DNA from: the human T2T-CHM13v2.0 reference genome, Homo sapiens
Assembly (NCBI RefSeq): GCF_009914755.1
Contig: NC_060935.1
Reading direction: 5' to 3' (one strand)
Length of the DNA: 64,000 nucleotides
The notes under the pieces were generated by a model. It was not told where the DNA came from. It did not search any database and saw only the letters and a program-made list of their open reading frames with translations. Below, piece by piece: positions 31,283-46,420 of the stretch. Both the position numbers and the translations under genes were made by a program. Within the stretch, counting starts at the first letter, position 1; each line of letters starts with the position of its first letter.

Positions 31283-31626
31283 TGTCTTTGTCTGTTTGGG
31301 CTGCTATCACAAAATATCATAAACTAGGTAGCTTATAGACAACAGAAATATATTTCCCACCATTCTGGAGGCTGAGGTATCCAAGATGAAGACACTGGCA
31401 GATTCACTGTCTGGGGAGGGCCCATCTCCTGTTTCATGAATGGCACCTTCTCACTGCATCCTCATAGGGTGGAAGAGACAACCTAACACTTGAGGTGTCT
31501 TTTATGAAGGCACTCATCCTACTCATGAGGGCTCCACTCTCATGACCTAATAACCTCCCAAAGGCCTTACCTGTTGGGATTTCAACATACAAATTTTGGG
31601 AGGACACAAGCATTCAGACCGTAGCA
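31283..31626 (-). mobile_element. MLT1A0-like solo LTR
   Basis: TGTCTTTGTCTGTTTGGGCTGCTATCACAAAATA...CATTCAGACCGTAGCA; TSD GCAA(A/G). Confidence 0.85.
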
Positions 31627-31694
31627 GCAAGCATATTTATTTCCTGCTTATCTGGTGATAAAAAGTCTCTCTCTCTCTCTCCCTCCCTCGCTCT

Positions 31695-32027
<333 letters not shown>

Positions 32028-32194
32028 TAAATAATGTATGGTTAAAAAGTGAAGCAAGTTAAGCACAAGTATTAAATGTATAATAATGGTAGAGCTGGTT
32101 CTTAGCTTTAACAACTGTGAAGATGGTATGCATCTGACTAGTGCTTGGGATAACTAGTCTAAGTAGACCGTAAGTTTCTCAAGGCAGCTTTCTG

Positions 32195-32676
32195 TCTGTG
32201 TCAGAAGGGTCCAGCCAGGGAACAGATGGCACACTGAAAGGGTTAGCTGGAAAGGGTGTAACAAAGGCCATATTTATAGCTGTGTGGGCAGGCAGCACAA
32301 GGGAACAACAGAGGTAGCGGCTTGCCAGGGACTAGCCACAGAGTGAGAGGCTCTTACCACCCTGAAAGGGACAAAGGGAGAAAATATTATTACCAGATTG
32401 TGACGAGAGCTATAGCCTGCTGTAACAGTGGAAGAGGGGTGGCCCAACAGAAGTTTTAGCCAGAGCAGACCAGCTATACAATTAGTCAGGTGGCACCAAC
32501 CTGTTTCTCCTATGACCCTCCAATCCCTTTCTTGCCAGCACTTGCCAGAGATGGACTCCAACTGGAGGCCAGAAAGCAGAAGAGCCTGGAAATGCCATCT
32601 ATGAAGGTCGGCCTCTGAGCAGCCCAGAGAAAAGCAGAAATGAGACTGGGGCAGCCAAGAGTGAATAACCAGCACG
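32195..32676 (-). mobile_element. LTR33-like ERVL solo LTR
   Basis: GGGTCCAGCCAGGGAACAGATGGCACACT...CCAACTGGAGGCCAG...AATAACCAGCA. Confidence 0.6.
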
Positions 32677-33093
32677 GTAGCTGACGCAGTGCGGTACACA
32701 AAGGGCGCGCTTCCAGTAAGACCTCAAGGCCCATGTGCTGCTTTGAATTCAACTGAACCGAATGGAGAAACTGGTTGCAAGTAAAGGGTGTTATGTGGTA
32801 AAGGCAACTGGACCCTGGACCGCTAGGGTTTCACTTCCAGCTTATCTAGACAAGTGAATCATCAGATTTCACAGCCCTCTTGGGGCTTGAATCACACATG
32901 TGCGGGAGGAGCTGCATTGCTGGTGCATGTGAAGTGTTTCAAGCTGTAATTATATCCTTCACCTCCTCAGAGTGTCTAGACTAGATTACGAAGGCTGGGG
33001 AAAAAAAAAAATGACTGCAGCTTTCTGTGGTCCTCAAACAAGTGGGAATTCCTGGCTGGGGCCCTTTTCCCAGAGTACACAGGAGCAAATCCC

Positions 33094-33097
33094 CAGA

Positions 33098-33129
<32 letters not shown>
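33094..33129 (+). repeat. CAG AAG (CAG)9 TAG trinucleotide repeat
   Basis: Pure CAG run at 33100-33126. Confidence 0.95.
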
Positions 33130-34087
33130 CCTTGGCTTGAAGGATGAAGATTAAAAGGGAAAAGAGGTACCACTGCCTTTAAAAGTCTCCATAGGAAAGA
33201 GACTCCAGTCAAGCACTAGCGGTAGAAATATGAAGCAACCCTGCTGTTCCTCTGCAGGAAAAGTTTTTAAATAACTTCTTATTAGTAATATTAATATTAA
33301 TGATAATACTGAATCTTCATAGCACATTTATTATATACTGAACACTATGGTAGCATTTTACGTACTTTGCTTCATTTAATTTCCACAATCGCCCTGAGAA
33401 GTAACATTAACCCTATTTTTAAAAACAGAAAAATGATGCTTAGAAAGGCAAACAGAATATGGTCTTAGCTGCAGTTGATTGAACATTTATTATGTGCTTG
33501 CCATAGGGCTGGGTATCCCAGCAGTTCTCAAAGTGCAGTTCGTGGACCTCTCTGAGTTCCCAGCACCCTTACAGGAGATCTACAAGGTCAAAACAATATT
33601 CATAAAAACAATAAAACAGCGTTTGCCTTTTCCACTGTATTTACATTTGCACTGCTGATGGGAAAACTGCCAGCACCATAGCACAAATCAAGGCAGTGCA
33701 CCAAACTGCACTAGTAGTCATTGAATTCTTCAAGGCCACCCACTTGTGGTAGAAAAATGTGGCCATTCATATAAGCATGACTTTGATGAAGCAGAATCAT
33801 TTTTAATTTTATTAAATTTTAACCCTTGAGCACGTGAACATCTTTTTAAGATTCTGCACGAGGAAACAGGAAGAACTCATAAGGCATGTCTAAGTACCAT
33901 GGTTGTCTCAAAGAAAAGGCACCTGCACAGTTGTTGAGTTGCAATCTGAACTAAGCTCGGTATTCATAGATCACCATTTCTACTTGAAAGAACAAAAGAG
34001 AAATTATGGGTGTTCAGACTCTGGTAGTTGGCAGACATGTTCTCAAAACTTAACTAAGTGAGCCTCTTACTTCAAAGAAAACAGCTT

Positions 34088-34723
<636 letters not shown>

Positions 34724-34854
34724 TCAGTGAACCAATATTTTTTAAATGTCCACAGTATCATACTGCAAAATCATGCACAGGTAAACGTTCATTCAAAGCA
34801 TAAAATGGCCAGTGGATTTTAAGGTAACATAGCATGAAAATTTCATTTGCATAG

Positions 34855-35223
<369 letters not shown>

Positions 35224-35689
35224 CAAAAAAAGACTATTAAATCACACCTCTTTTTTCCAAATGCATATCGGCATGAAGCTAAATTTTTTCCTATACTGCA
35301 ACCAAAACAATCTATGGCAAAACATTGAATGCCAAAGAGATTATGAGAATCTATCTTGTCTTAAGTCACACATTAAAGAGATTTATAAAAGTGTTGCTGT
35401 TCTCACTACAGTTTTGGGGTGAAAAATATAGTTATTTATCATTAAAAAGTTAATTATGTAACATGCAGTCAGCTCACTAGTAAATAAATGATTTTAAAAT
35501 TTCTCAGTTATAATTTCTACTGCAATAAATGTTGATAGATATAACCCACATTTAAAAATTTTTTTAAATTAATCTTTGAAGCCCACAATAATCTTTAAAT
35601 CTTTGGAATCCTCAGTAATTTTAAAAGGGTCCTGAAGCCAAAATCTTTGAGAAGCACTGTTTCATCAATATGTCATCAATGCAATGTGA

Positions 35690-36156
35690 TCCCAGAGCTA
35701 AGAGCTTTTCAGGGGCTTAGAAAATATATAAGCCTCAGGTAGAAAAATAGTTGTTGGCTCCAAAACTACAAAAGAAACCAATAAAAAATTAAAATGAATA
35801 AATGTTTAATTAAATGTCTACAAAAATGCACCAACATGCCAACTTCATTAACTGTTAAAATTTAATATTCATAAAGATTTCATTACATCTAATACGATTT
35901 ATAGATTCAATTTTCTCACTTCACACATTCCCCTAAGTATACACAGTGATTGTTGGGAACTCATAGCCAATCATAAATTAAATGAAAGTTACATAGAGCC
36001 AAATAATTTCTAAAGCACAAATATAAAGGCCCTTACAAAAAGAATTTAAAGCCAAAAAGTATATTTAATGTGGGATATGGGTGCCATTAGTATGTTTGAT
36101 ATGTTGTATGGTAAGGCCTCCAAAAGTCAGAATATGTAGGGCTCATGAAGGCCCTG
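35690..36156. mobile_element. Possible hAT-Tip100-type relic
   Basis: AT-rich body bounded by CAGAGC.../...GGCCCTG degenerate termini. Confidence 0.3.
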
Positions 36157-38359
36157 TTTTAAACACAGCATCTTATTTCCTTTAAATTACACCCCTCCTG
36201 AGAAAGATTCTGGTGAAAGCAGATATCTTCACTAGGCTAAGGAGATATCTTCACCAGGCAAAACATTTCACCCTGACCTTTGGCAGGCCTGGGGAAGAGA
36301 AACACATAAGGTAAATACCATAAACCCATCAGAAGAGTAATAAAATCATGAAGGAAAGAAAGGCCAGATGCTGTTCTTTGGGACCCAACAATGGCACAGC
36401 CAGCCAGGTTTCTGTCCCACAGGCAGAAGGGGTTACCACAGCCTCTCACACCCAGACTGTCATCTTGAGCAAAGCAGGACTGATAGCTTAGCAGAGCCCC
36501 AGACATCTCACTAGGGAAACAGAATGTTTGACAGAAAAGTCTGGGAGTACTTTCTAAAGGCTAGCCAGCTTAAAGCAAAAAGTCCCCCAGTGATCCTCCC
36601 CACCTCTCTTCTGGGTCCCTTGCCCTTGCTGGTACCTCAGGACTAGGCGCCCTTGCTGACCAGCAGTGCCCAGGATCACCAAGACCTCTCTCAACTTCAT
36701 TCCCTTGCAAAGTGTTTTCTCACCTTCCCCTCATTCTCTCAGCCCCACTGACCAGAGTGAAGCAGTGTTGTCGCCATCCAACTTTGAGGTGTCAAGACTC
36801 TGAGATAATGTGGTTGCCTTTTAGAAGGGCTCCAAGAATGGGATATCCCACAGTATTGCAGTTTGCTTATTTTCTTTCTCATCTGATTTTTCTGTAGTTT
36901 CTGCTATAAATGCATTTGCTTTCTTTTAAACATTTTTTAAAAGATCAGTAAAGTAACCGGCTCATTATAGGTCTTTGATAAATAGTAATCACTATTATTT
37001 GGCAATTCATCACACAGTGCCCTAACTTCTCCTGCATGGAAATCAGGAGATCTTCCCTGTTGAGAGTGAATGGATTCACTTTCATTTCCTGCAGCTGCCT
37101 AGTTTAGTAAAAAATAAAAATAAAAATAGAAAAATGGAAAAACAGAGTTAGAAAATGTGCAATGTATTTGAAATGTTTCATTTAACAAGTCAATGCTTTA
37201 ATTACGCATATACATGCGAAACCAAAATACAATCGAATTGTGCAATTGACAATATAATTTCAAGATTTATGGAAAGCAAGTAATGGATTGTGAACACATT
37301 GTGTTGGCAAGGTGGCCTAGTAAGGAGACAAAACTGTAGAGCTCTCTGATGTACACCTTCTTTCAATTCTTTCCCTGAAGCTCTGTGACTCAATGGCATC
37401 ATTTGGAGATTAAAAACAAGTCTAAAATTGAGATTTGTTGCCAAATTGCTTCCCTTAAACACCTCCTCCTTTTATCACCACCAATGGATTCTGATTGCAC
37501 CATTAGCCTTTATTCCTTGTATTATTATTGGCATTTTTCCATGCAAATGTCTGGGCTTCCCAACCAGAGTAAAAGGGTCATACACTCTGCTATAACTTTT
37601 CATGCTTGTAACAGACATGCAACATATTAATTGAACTACTGATACTTGTTTTTAAAAAAAACTAGCTAACAAAAAATTGATCTCTCTCCATCATAAATTC
37701 ATACTTTTTCTTTACCATCCCAACTCATATACACCCTCCCCATCATGCCTACTCTATGATATAGAAAAAGAACTCTCATATCAATGCTTTCTCTTTGCTT
37801 TCTTTCCAAACCCTTTTGAGTAAGGACACTGCCCTTTCCCGTTACCCTCTCCCCAGAAGGCAAACACGAATCTCCTGGCAGCTGCTCCATTTATCCCTCT
37901 TGAGGCAGACACCGCCTTTCATTGTTATTTCAGTTGATCCAGTTGTGAATAAGGCATCAGATGCACTTTCTCTGAACATTCAACCTCTGATCGCTGAATA
38001 GCAAGAGGTTTGGATGATGTCTCTGGCAAGAATCCTTTCCCATCTGCTTCTAGTTCGGGGCCGACCTTTGACAGCCCTCCATCCATGACTCTAAGTGGTG
38101 TGGAAAGTGCTGTGGTCTCTGGCAAGTTGATTTGGTCCAAGGGAGCCGTTTATTTTTCCTAGCAAGACTGAGGAGGGATTTTGTGTCTCAGCATCATGTA
38201 GACTAAAGCTTATCACCAATTTCTCCAGAACAGATGTGTCTTCTTTTGACATAGGGAAGTTCTGTTATCAGATGCAAAAGGCCTTTTGAATTATGATTTT
38301 GCTCTAAGGAAACAACAGTAGTTTTTAAAGATAGAAGCAACCAACATCTCCACATCTCC

Positions 38360-39260
38360 CTGGAGGACATCATGAAAAGATGTGTCCCATCCTCACCATT
38401 TCCTCATCCCACTGCCTTTAGTTAAAGCCAGTACTTATTATCTAGAAAACAAAAATCACTTCCTAATTGTTCTACCTGCCTCCTTTGTTGCCCTTGCCAT
38501 CCATCTTCTACTTGCTACCAGACTGATCCTTTTGAAGTCTAAGCATGACTACCACCCTTGCTCAAATACCTGTAATAGTTCTGCATTGTTTATAAGAGAA
38601 AGTACATGTTTCTTAGCAAGCATACAAGGTTCTCCATAATTCCCCACTAGCTATTCAGCCTCAAACCCTTCTCCCTTACCTTCTCATACCCTCTCTACCA
38701 CTCTAACCACAGTGATGCTCTCTGGCCTCTTAGCTAAGAGTGGCAAACTCAGGTGCCTACAAGGACCAAGCCAATGATAACAAGTGTGAGAACTGGAGGA
38801 GATGAAACAGTAGGAACTAGTAGAGTCTGTGAATTGAGTTATCTCATTTTTTTTTAGAGAAATTAGGCCAAACCAGGCATAAACATGGTTTATATTTGGC
38901 CCATGGTGACAGATGAAGACTCTCACTCCAGGTTTTCACTCATGCTAAAATCCGAGTGCCTAAAAAGGCCTCCTGTGTCCCTCACCACTGCTACTCCTTC
39001 ACCTAGCTCATTATTTATCTCACAGAGCTCGGTTCCAATGCCATCTCCCCAAAAATCTTCCTGGTATTCATTCTGGGTTAGTTGTCCTCCTCCAGCTCTC
39101 AAAGCTATCTCTGGCCCCTTTGTGACAGCAGTAGCCACACTGTTACTTGCCTGACACCATGGCTTACCTGACTCCTTAATAGACCAGGACTTCCTTGCTG
39201 AAAGTGAATGTCTTACTCTCCCTGAGTAAGTACACAGAGTAAATGCTTATAGCAGACATA
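38360..39260 (+). mobile_element. L2 fragments
   Basis: CACTGCCTTAGTTAAAGCC...CTTCCTAATTG.TCT.CCTGCCTCC...CCAGACTGATCCTTTT. Confidence 0.6.
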
Positions 39261-39569
39261 TGTTTTGTCTATACAGGACCTCTTCTTCCCTATTCATGGA
39301 AATAGCAGCTGCTACTATCCTTTAAGGAACTGTCCTTTCTCTGCTCCTTGTGGTTTAGGTAAAGCTACTCAACCAGAGGACTCCATCGCTATCCTAGGGG
39401 AGGGCATATGACCCAAGATAGACCAATCAATTTTTTTTTGTACCCAGGAATGAAGAGGATTCAAAAAGAATAAAAGGCAACTGGAGCTATGTTACCTGGT
39501 GGCAGCACTCTAGAAGAGCTACAAGTGCCCTGGTTCCTAGAGTCTATTCTTCTCAATGTTTTGAACCAG

Positions 39570-40047
39570 TGAGTGTTTGCTGTGTAACAAATAATCGTAG
39601 TATACAATAATATCTATTTGTTTATCTCAAAATTTTAGAGACATGCAATTTGAACTTGGTTAGGCTGGGCATTTCTCTTGTCTTGGAGGGATTCACACAT
39701 GCATCTACAACTGACTGTTGGTGAACAGGAAACTTGCTGGTCTAGGGTGGCTTCACCTGGGTCTTGCTGTTTTCCAGCATTCTAGCCTGAGCTTATTCAC
39801 ATGCAGTTGGGCAGATTTCCAAGAAAGAGAATAGAAATACACAAGACCTGTTGAGGCCTACACTCAGACTGGGTATATCACCATTTCCACTGCATTCTAT
39901 TGGCCAAAGTAAGTTATAGGATCAGCCTAGATTGAAGAGGGTGAAAACTAGGTTCTCCTTCTTGATAGGAGGAGTTGCAAAGTCATGTTCCAAAGGGTGT
40001 GGATGCAGAGAGGGTGGAAAAATATGGTCATATCTGCAAACCGTCAC
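39570..40047 (-). mobile_element. Old MLT1 (J-like) LTR
   Basis: TTGCTGTGTAACAAAT...CATTCTATTGGCCAAAGTAAGT...GGAGTTGCAAAGTCA. Confidence 0.65.
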
Positions 40048-40161
40048 AGCTTTGTTATTCAGTTCCCTGTTAATTTTCTACTACATCCCTTTTTAATTTT
40101 AAGTTAATCAAAGTCAGCTTCTGTTGTTTGCCATTTAAAAATTATAATGTATAACTGCTTG

Positions 40162-40208
40162 AGAATGAATGAATGAATGAATGAATGAATGAATGGATGG
40201 ATGAATGT
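40162..40208. repeat. (GAAT)n/(GGAT)n tetranucleotide repeat
   Basis: Directly visible. Confidence 0.9.
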
Positions 40209-42531
40209 ATTAATGGATGGATCAAACAATCCAAGAGTGAGTGTTGAACAGGGTAATGTAAAAGGGTGACAGACCTTATCATGGGATGAGGAAGATGTGG
40301 AATATGCTACATGTTGATTGCCTGTAAGCATCTTAGAAGTTAGGACATCACTTTTCCCCTCCTACTTTTTGACTCACTCTGTAGTCACAGCTACCAATAG
40401 CTTGAAATCCCTTTAGGAGCCACACACGAAACAATAAACCATTCACTTGGAACTGCTCTCTTACCACTACTTAAATTTAATTCCAGAGCCTGACTGGGTG
40501 TTTGTTTTAAGTGACTATCCTCCTGTGTGTATTAATGTAACCACATATTATACTCTAGATTGGCTTACATATAGGGCATACATTTGTAAGTAAAGGATAT
40601 TTTGAACAAGAAAAAAGTCTAAAGGCTGAAAGGATCCTATGATATGGTCCAGTATTTCCCAATTCAAGTCCTTCCCACCCCAAACCCCCACCCCACTCCT
40701 TTCTGATAAAAGTTTCCAATTCCCTAGGGGCCAATTCTCAGAAGGATGATGGAAAGAAAAAAGCAAGTTATATAATTAAACAAGACTGAAGCATGAATGA
40801 TTTATGTCTCATGGGCTTCAATTTAGAGGATAACTTATAATTTTGGAGAGATTTCTTAATTCAGAAAAATATTCTGTAAGTAGAATCTTGAGAAATATGA
40901 AGGAGACATTTTTATGCAGCTATAGGCAGTTTTGTTGTTTTCTGTGCTGGCAGTGGTGGTGGTGTAAATAATAAAAAAATAGTATCTGGGTATAGATATG
41001 ACATTGCATTTTTGTGATATGTAGAATATTCGTGCTTTTGGTCCCTAGAATTTTCCAGATGCTAATCATTATGGTAATTTATAACAAAGCAATACTGATG
41101 AAAATGGAAAAATTCCTCAAAGTTTTTGCAGCCTTAAACCTGACATTTGTGTTTTATGAAGCACCCTCGAATGAAACAATGCTCCTTTGCTGCCATAAGC
41201 ACTTCTCACCATGTGCAAACCACAAAACCATCACTCAAAGTGCTGAGATTCACATCTTTGTGGGTGAGACAAGGAGGAGCCATATCTGCTCTTACCATGT
41301 CTCAGGCTCAGGACACTTGCCAGGGCAGCCAGATAGGATCACCAGGGCTGAGAAAGATGGTGTGATGTTCCCCTATGTGGGAGGCCTCCCAGGGAGGCAA
41401 GTGGTGACCTCACTGGGAAAATGAAAATGGTTCAAGAGAGAACACTTGTCAATAGAGAACACTGCCTGAATTTGAGACCAGTGAAGGGATTCTGTTTCCA
41501 ACACCCTTTCAAACAAACAAACAAAGCTGTTTTCTATTAATAGTATTAATATATGGGGGAAAGATCCTACAGCCTGCTTCTTGACTGACAGATCATGATT
41601 CAGGCAAAAAGGATCTCAACTCCAGCTCTATATAAAGACACAGTCAGGGAATCACCCCTTAAAAGAACCAATTATAAAGTTTTCCTTGTAAAACCAGGGC
41701 AGAGATGTGCTCCTAGGAAGGGCAGCTCTTGGGACGACCCAGCCACAAAAGTAACCTCAACTTTTGGCCTCTGATATTTTCCTCCCTTCCTAGGATTTCT
41801 TTCATGATAATTCCAATGCCACCTATGGAGATTTAATGTGCCCTTTTCTCTGCTGCTGCAATGCAGATGAAGGAACAAAGGTTACACATTTCAAAAGGAC
41901 CTCTACCTAAAATGCAAAAACATGATAGGGAGATTAACCAAAAAAAGTCAAAGCAAGCTAGAAGCAGGAGCAAGTTTCTGACTTTTCCATGGTTGACCTT
42001 CTAATTCTGTTCTGCTCTGAGCCCTGTTCTAGCCTAAAGAGCTCTCTTTGTGTTCTTAGTCCCCCAGCTCTTGAATGTGTGTGTTTCAAAAGATTGGGAA
42101 TACCAGCTCTAGTGACAGGCAGTTTGGTGGGGATTTGTTATTCTATCACCATTAACACAAACTTATCACCTTTTCAAGTGATATATATTGAAAATGAGCT
42201 TAGCCAGACACATCACAGTGGGGAACATCAGAGAGCTGTCTTTTCTCTGGCTTATAGCAGGTAGACCCATGACCTTGGTTTAATTAGTAAGGGGCTCTGG
42301 CTAGCCCTTTCCTCTCTTAATGTTATCTCTTTGCCAATTTTTGTCCTATTCCCAATTATGTATTTTTGTTAGACACCTACACTTCATTTTTTTTTATCAA
42401 CTCAGTATCAGAAAGTATCTGAAACTTGAAAAGCAATTATGGAATATTTTCCCAGTACAGTACTGGTCTTTATTATATAAGCTATTTTAAAGCTCTCCTG
42501 GAACATTTTTGTCCAGTAGAGACGGAAATAA

Positions 42532-42740
<209 letters not shown>

Positions 42741-45060
42741 AACCAGAGAAATTGAGACAAATTCCTGTTTGGCACAATACAGATATAGATGTTAACAATA
42801 GGAATATTAATTGATACATAGGTTAGTATACACACATATATTTCCTTGCTCACTCAGCTGAGGGGGCTAGAAAAATAACACCCCAATAGCAATGGGCACT
42901 CTTAGCACCCAGATCTTGGTTTCTAATACCAGTCTCTAATAAAAAGAGCCAGAGCTTCATAGAGAAATGGCTGATTTCAGAATTGGGGCAAGAATTACAC
43001 AAGATGAGTTTGAATCATCTTGTAGTACCAGAAAACAAGGAGTGAAAAAACTAAATACAAAATGATGGACCTACAGGAGCCAAGTGACGGAGCTCCCAGT
43101 GACCAAAGTTAGAACAATTTGAGCAACAGAATAATTAAAGTAGTCTTGAGTTATAAAATTAATATCAATGAGTCTATTTAGATATAAATAAATGATCAAT
43201 CAATAAATAAGCAGGAGTGATAACACAAATATTACATGTGAAAGAATTCCAAATAATATATTTAGATACTCTGCCCTCAAGGAGGTGGAACATGACTCCT
43301 CAGTCCTTAAATGACATTTTTATAAAGATTACAGGATAAGAAAGATGAGAGAGGGAGGAGTGACATTACAGTGGAGAAATATGAAGAATAATTACTTCAG
43401 CCAGGGCACATGGTCAACATCAACAGTGATAAATAATGATAATATTTACCTTTCATATGATGTAACAAGAGTGGCACTTTACCTCTGTTGTCTTCCTACC
43501 AAACAACCATAACCCCAGTCTTATCATGAGAAAAACATAAGATGAATCTCAATTAAGGGACATTCTACTAAATACCTGTCTAGTACTCCTCAAAACTGTC
43601 AAGGTCATCAAAAATAAGGAAAGCTTAAGAAACTGTCACAGACCACAGGAGCCTAAGGAGATATGACAACTAAATGTACATTACATTTGGTAGCCTAGGT
43701 GGGATTCTGGAACAGAAAAAGTGCATTAGGTAAAAAAAAAAAAAATAAGAAAATATTTATAAACTATAGAGTTTAGTTAATAATAATGTATCAATATTGG
43801 TTTACTAATTGTGACAAATATTCCACAATAATATAAGATAATGTTAGGAATAAGGAAAAATTGATGTGGGGTGTATGGAATTCTCTGTTCTATTTTTGCA
43901 GTTTTTGTAAATCAAAAACTACTAAAAAATTTATTTAAATAAATAAGTGCATTAAAAAAACAAATAGAGATACTTTCTGCAAAGTATCTTGTCAGTGCCA
44001 TGAAAACCTAAGAAAAACTCAGAAACTGTGATATTCTGGATTGGACCACAGAACAAAAAAGATACTAGTGGAAAAACTAATGAAATTCAAATAAAGCCTG
44101 TAGTTTAGTTAATAGTATTGTACCAAAACCAATTTCTTAGTTTTGACAAATGTACCACGAAAGTATACAGAAACTGTCAGCACTCTCTTTCCAACTTTTC
44201 TGTAAATCTACAATTATTTGGAAATTAAAAGTTTCAAGAAAAATTTTGTCTACATATTATATGATTCCAACTACATAACATTCTAGAAAGGGCAAAAATA
44301 TGGTGACAGTAAAAAGACAGAGGCTGAGAGGGAAGAGTAATAAACAGGCCAAGCACAGAGGGTACATGTCATCATATACATATACAGAACTAATAGGATA
44401 GATATATATATAAAGGGGAGTTTATTAAGGACTATTAACTCACACAATCACAAGGTCCCACATTGGCCGTCTGCAAGCTGAGGAACGAGGAAGCCAGTCC
44501 AAGTCCCAAAGCTGAAGAACTTGGAGTCTGATGTTCGAGGGCAGGAAGCATCCAGCACGGGAGAAAGATGTAGGCTGGGAGGCTCAGCCAGTCTACTCTT
44601 TTCACGTTTTTCTGCCTGCTTTATATTCTAGCTACACTGGCAGCTGATTAGATGGTGCCCACCCAGATTAAGGGTGGGTCTGCCTTTCCTAGCCCACTGA
44701 CTCAAATGTTAGTCTTCTTTGGCAACACCCTCACAGACACACCCAGGGTCAATACTTTGCATACTTCAATCCAATCAAGTTGACAGTCAGTATTAACCAT
44801 CACAATACATTTGTCCAAATCCATGAAATGTACAACACCAAGAATGGACCCTAAGTAAACTTTCCCTAAGTAAACTATGGTTGATTATGATGTGTCATTT
44901 TAAGTTCATTAATTGTAACAGTTGTACCACTCTGGAGGGCAATGTTGATAATGAAGGAGGTGATGCATATGTGGGAGCAAATCTCTGTACCTCCCTCTCA
45001 AGTTTGCTCTGAATCTAAAACTACCCTAAAAAATGTAATCTAGAAAAAAGTTGATTAAAA
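42741..45060 (+). mobile_element. Stack of old L1M (L1MC/L1ME-like) 3' ends
   Basis: GTACTCCTCAAAACTGTCAAGGTCATCAAAA and recurring GTTTAGTTAAT..TGTA..AAT and TGTAAATCTA 3' motifs. Confidence 0.75.
44381..44804 (-). mobile_element. MLT2A (HERV-L) solo LTR
   Basis: Reverse complement of TGTGATGGTTAATACTGACTGTCAACTTGATTGGATTGAAG; TSD ATACA at 44376 and 44805; small deletion at the distal end. Confidence 0.9.
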
Positions 45061-45799
45061 AAAAATAGGTGAACCATGAAGAATAACAGATACGTGCAGA
45101 CTAGAAGCAAGGAATACCACTGTCATTTGCCCATTGGAAATATAAAGTTGGCATCACTGAAATTAACATGTTTTTAAGAAGGAAATGATCACTCAGAGCT
45201 TAAGGAAGACTGCCTGAATCATAGCGATCCGCTAATGGGGATGGGGAAGTATAAGAATCCAGATAATACATCCTGTATTAGCATTTGTCTGGGCACAGTT
45301 CAAGCAAAAGCTCAAGGAATTCTGCTTTTCTTAGAACTCTTATTGACAAAATACACCTCTCTTAACAATCTCAAAATGAGTTGTCTATCCCAGGCATTGG
45401 CTGTTAAAGATAGGGACACAACAGTTAATGAGTTCTCCTTCAATTTTTATCCACTGACTCTTCAGAAGGCCAACCTCTACTGAATAGTCACAAAAAGCAG
45501 GGATTCTGTTGGGAGTGGGAAGAGCTTCTGATCCTTGCTTGGCTAAGCTTCTTCTCCAGGGTTTTCCCTAGGTAGCCAGAAAGAGATTTCCTGGAATTAT
45601 TTATGAGGATACTGGAAGGTCAGCCAGAGTACGCAGTCCTGACAGTCATTCATTCCGCCTCTCTTACTGAAGTAATAATGCCATATATTGCTTCAAAAGA
45701 GCTACTCATATACTGAACACCTGGTATGTGCCAACTACGGTGCTAGATGATAGGGAAGAGGGAGTGAACTCAGATAAAAACAATAACACTGATGATGAT

Positions 45800-46420
45800 G
45801 ATAAATATGCAATAGCATGTGTTTCTAACCAAGCACTACTCTACAAGCAATGATGCATTTAATCCTTACAATAACTCAATGAAATTGAGCTTATTATTTG
45901 TATTTTACTGGTGAGGAAACTCATTCTCCCTCCAGGAAGCTAAAAATCATAGTAGCTTATTTAAGGTCAAACGTGAAGCATCAAGGTGTTTAAGAACATG
46001 GTCTTTGAAATCCAGCAGACAGAACCAAAGCTTAAATCTGTCTTATTAGCTATGTGACCTTGGACAACAAATTTCACCTCTTTCTCAAGTAGTTAATAAG
46101 TAGAGGATAAAATCAGCACAACTTTATTAAGTGCTTTGTTCATTAATATTGTCTGCCACAAGTTTGAGGAAGAAAGGGGCCTCACGCATGCCCAGAATTT
46201 GCCAAAATGTGCCAAGTGCCTTAGAGATATGAATTTACTTTATCCTCAAAACACAACAAAAGATAAGATTTTATTATTTTCTCCATTTCACTGATTAGGA
46301 AGCAGATGTTCAAAGAAGTTTAATTAACTTCCTGAAGGTCATCCAGCAAGGAAGTGGTCCAGCTGCAATTTAAGTCCAGCTGTGTCAGGTCCTAGTACAT
46401 TGAATCTAAATCACTCTGCT
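45800..46420. mobile_element. MIR cluster
   Basis: TTTAATCCTTACAATAAC...GAGGAAACT; CTATGTGACCTTGGACAA; CCATTTCACTGATTAGGAAGCAGA. Confidence 0.65.

Noticed and set aside
32972-33212. Poly-Ser and poly-Cys ORFs
   Set aside because: By-products of the CAG repeat, with no coding context.
43741-44230. Repeated GTTTAGTTAAT...TGACAAAT blocks as another doublet
   Set aside because: Explained by separate old L1M 3' ends sharing consensus motifs.
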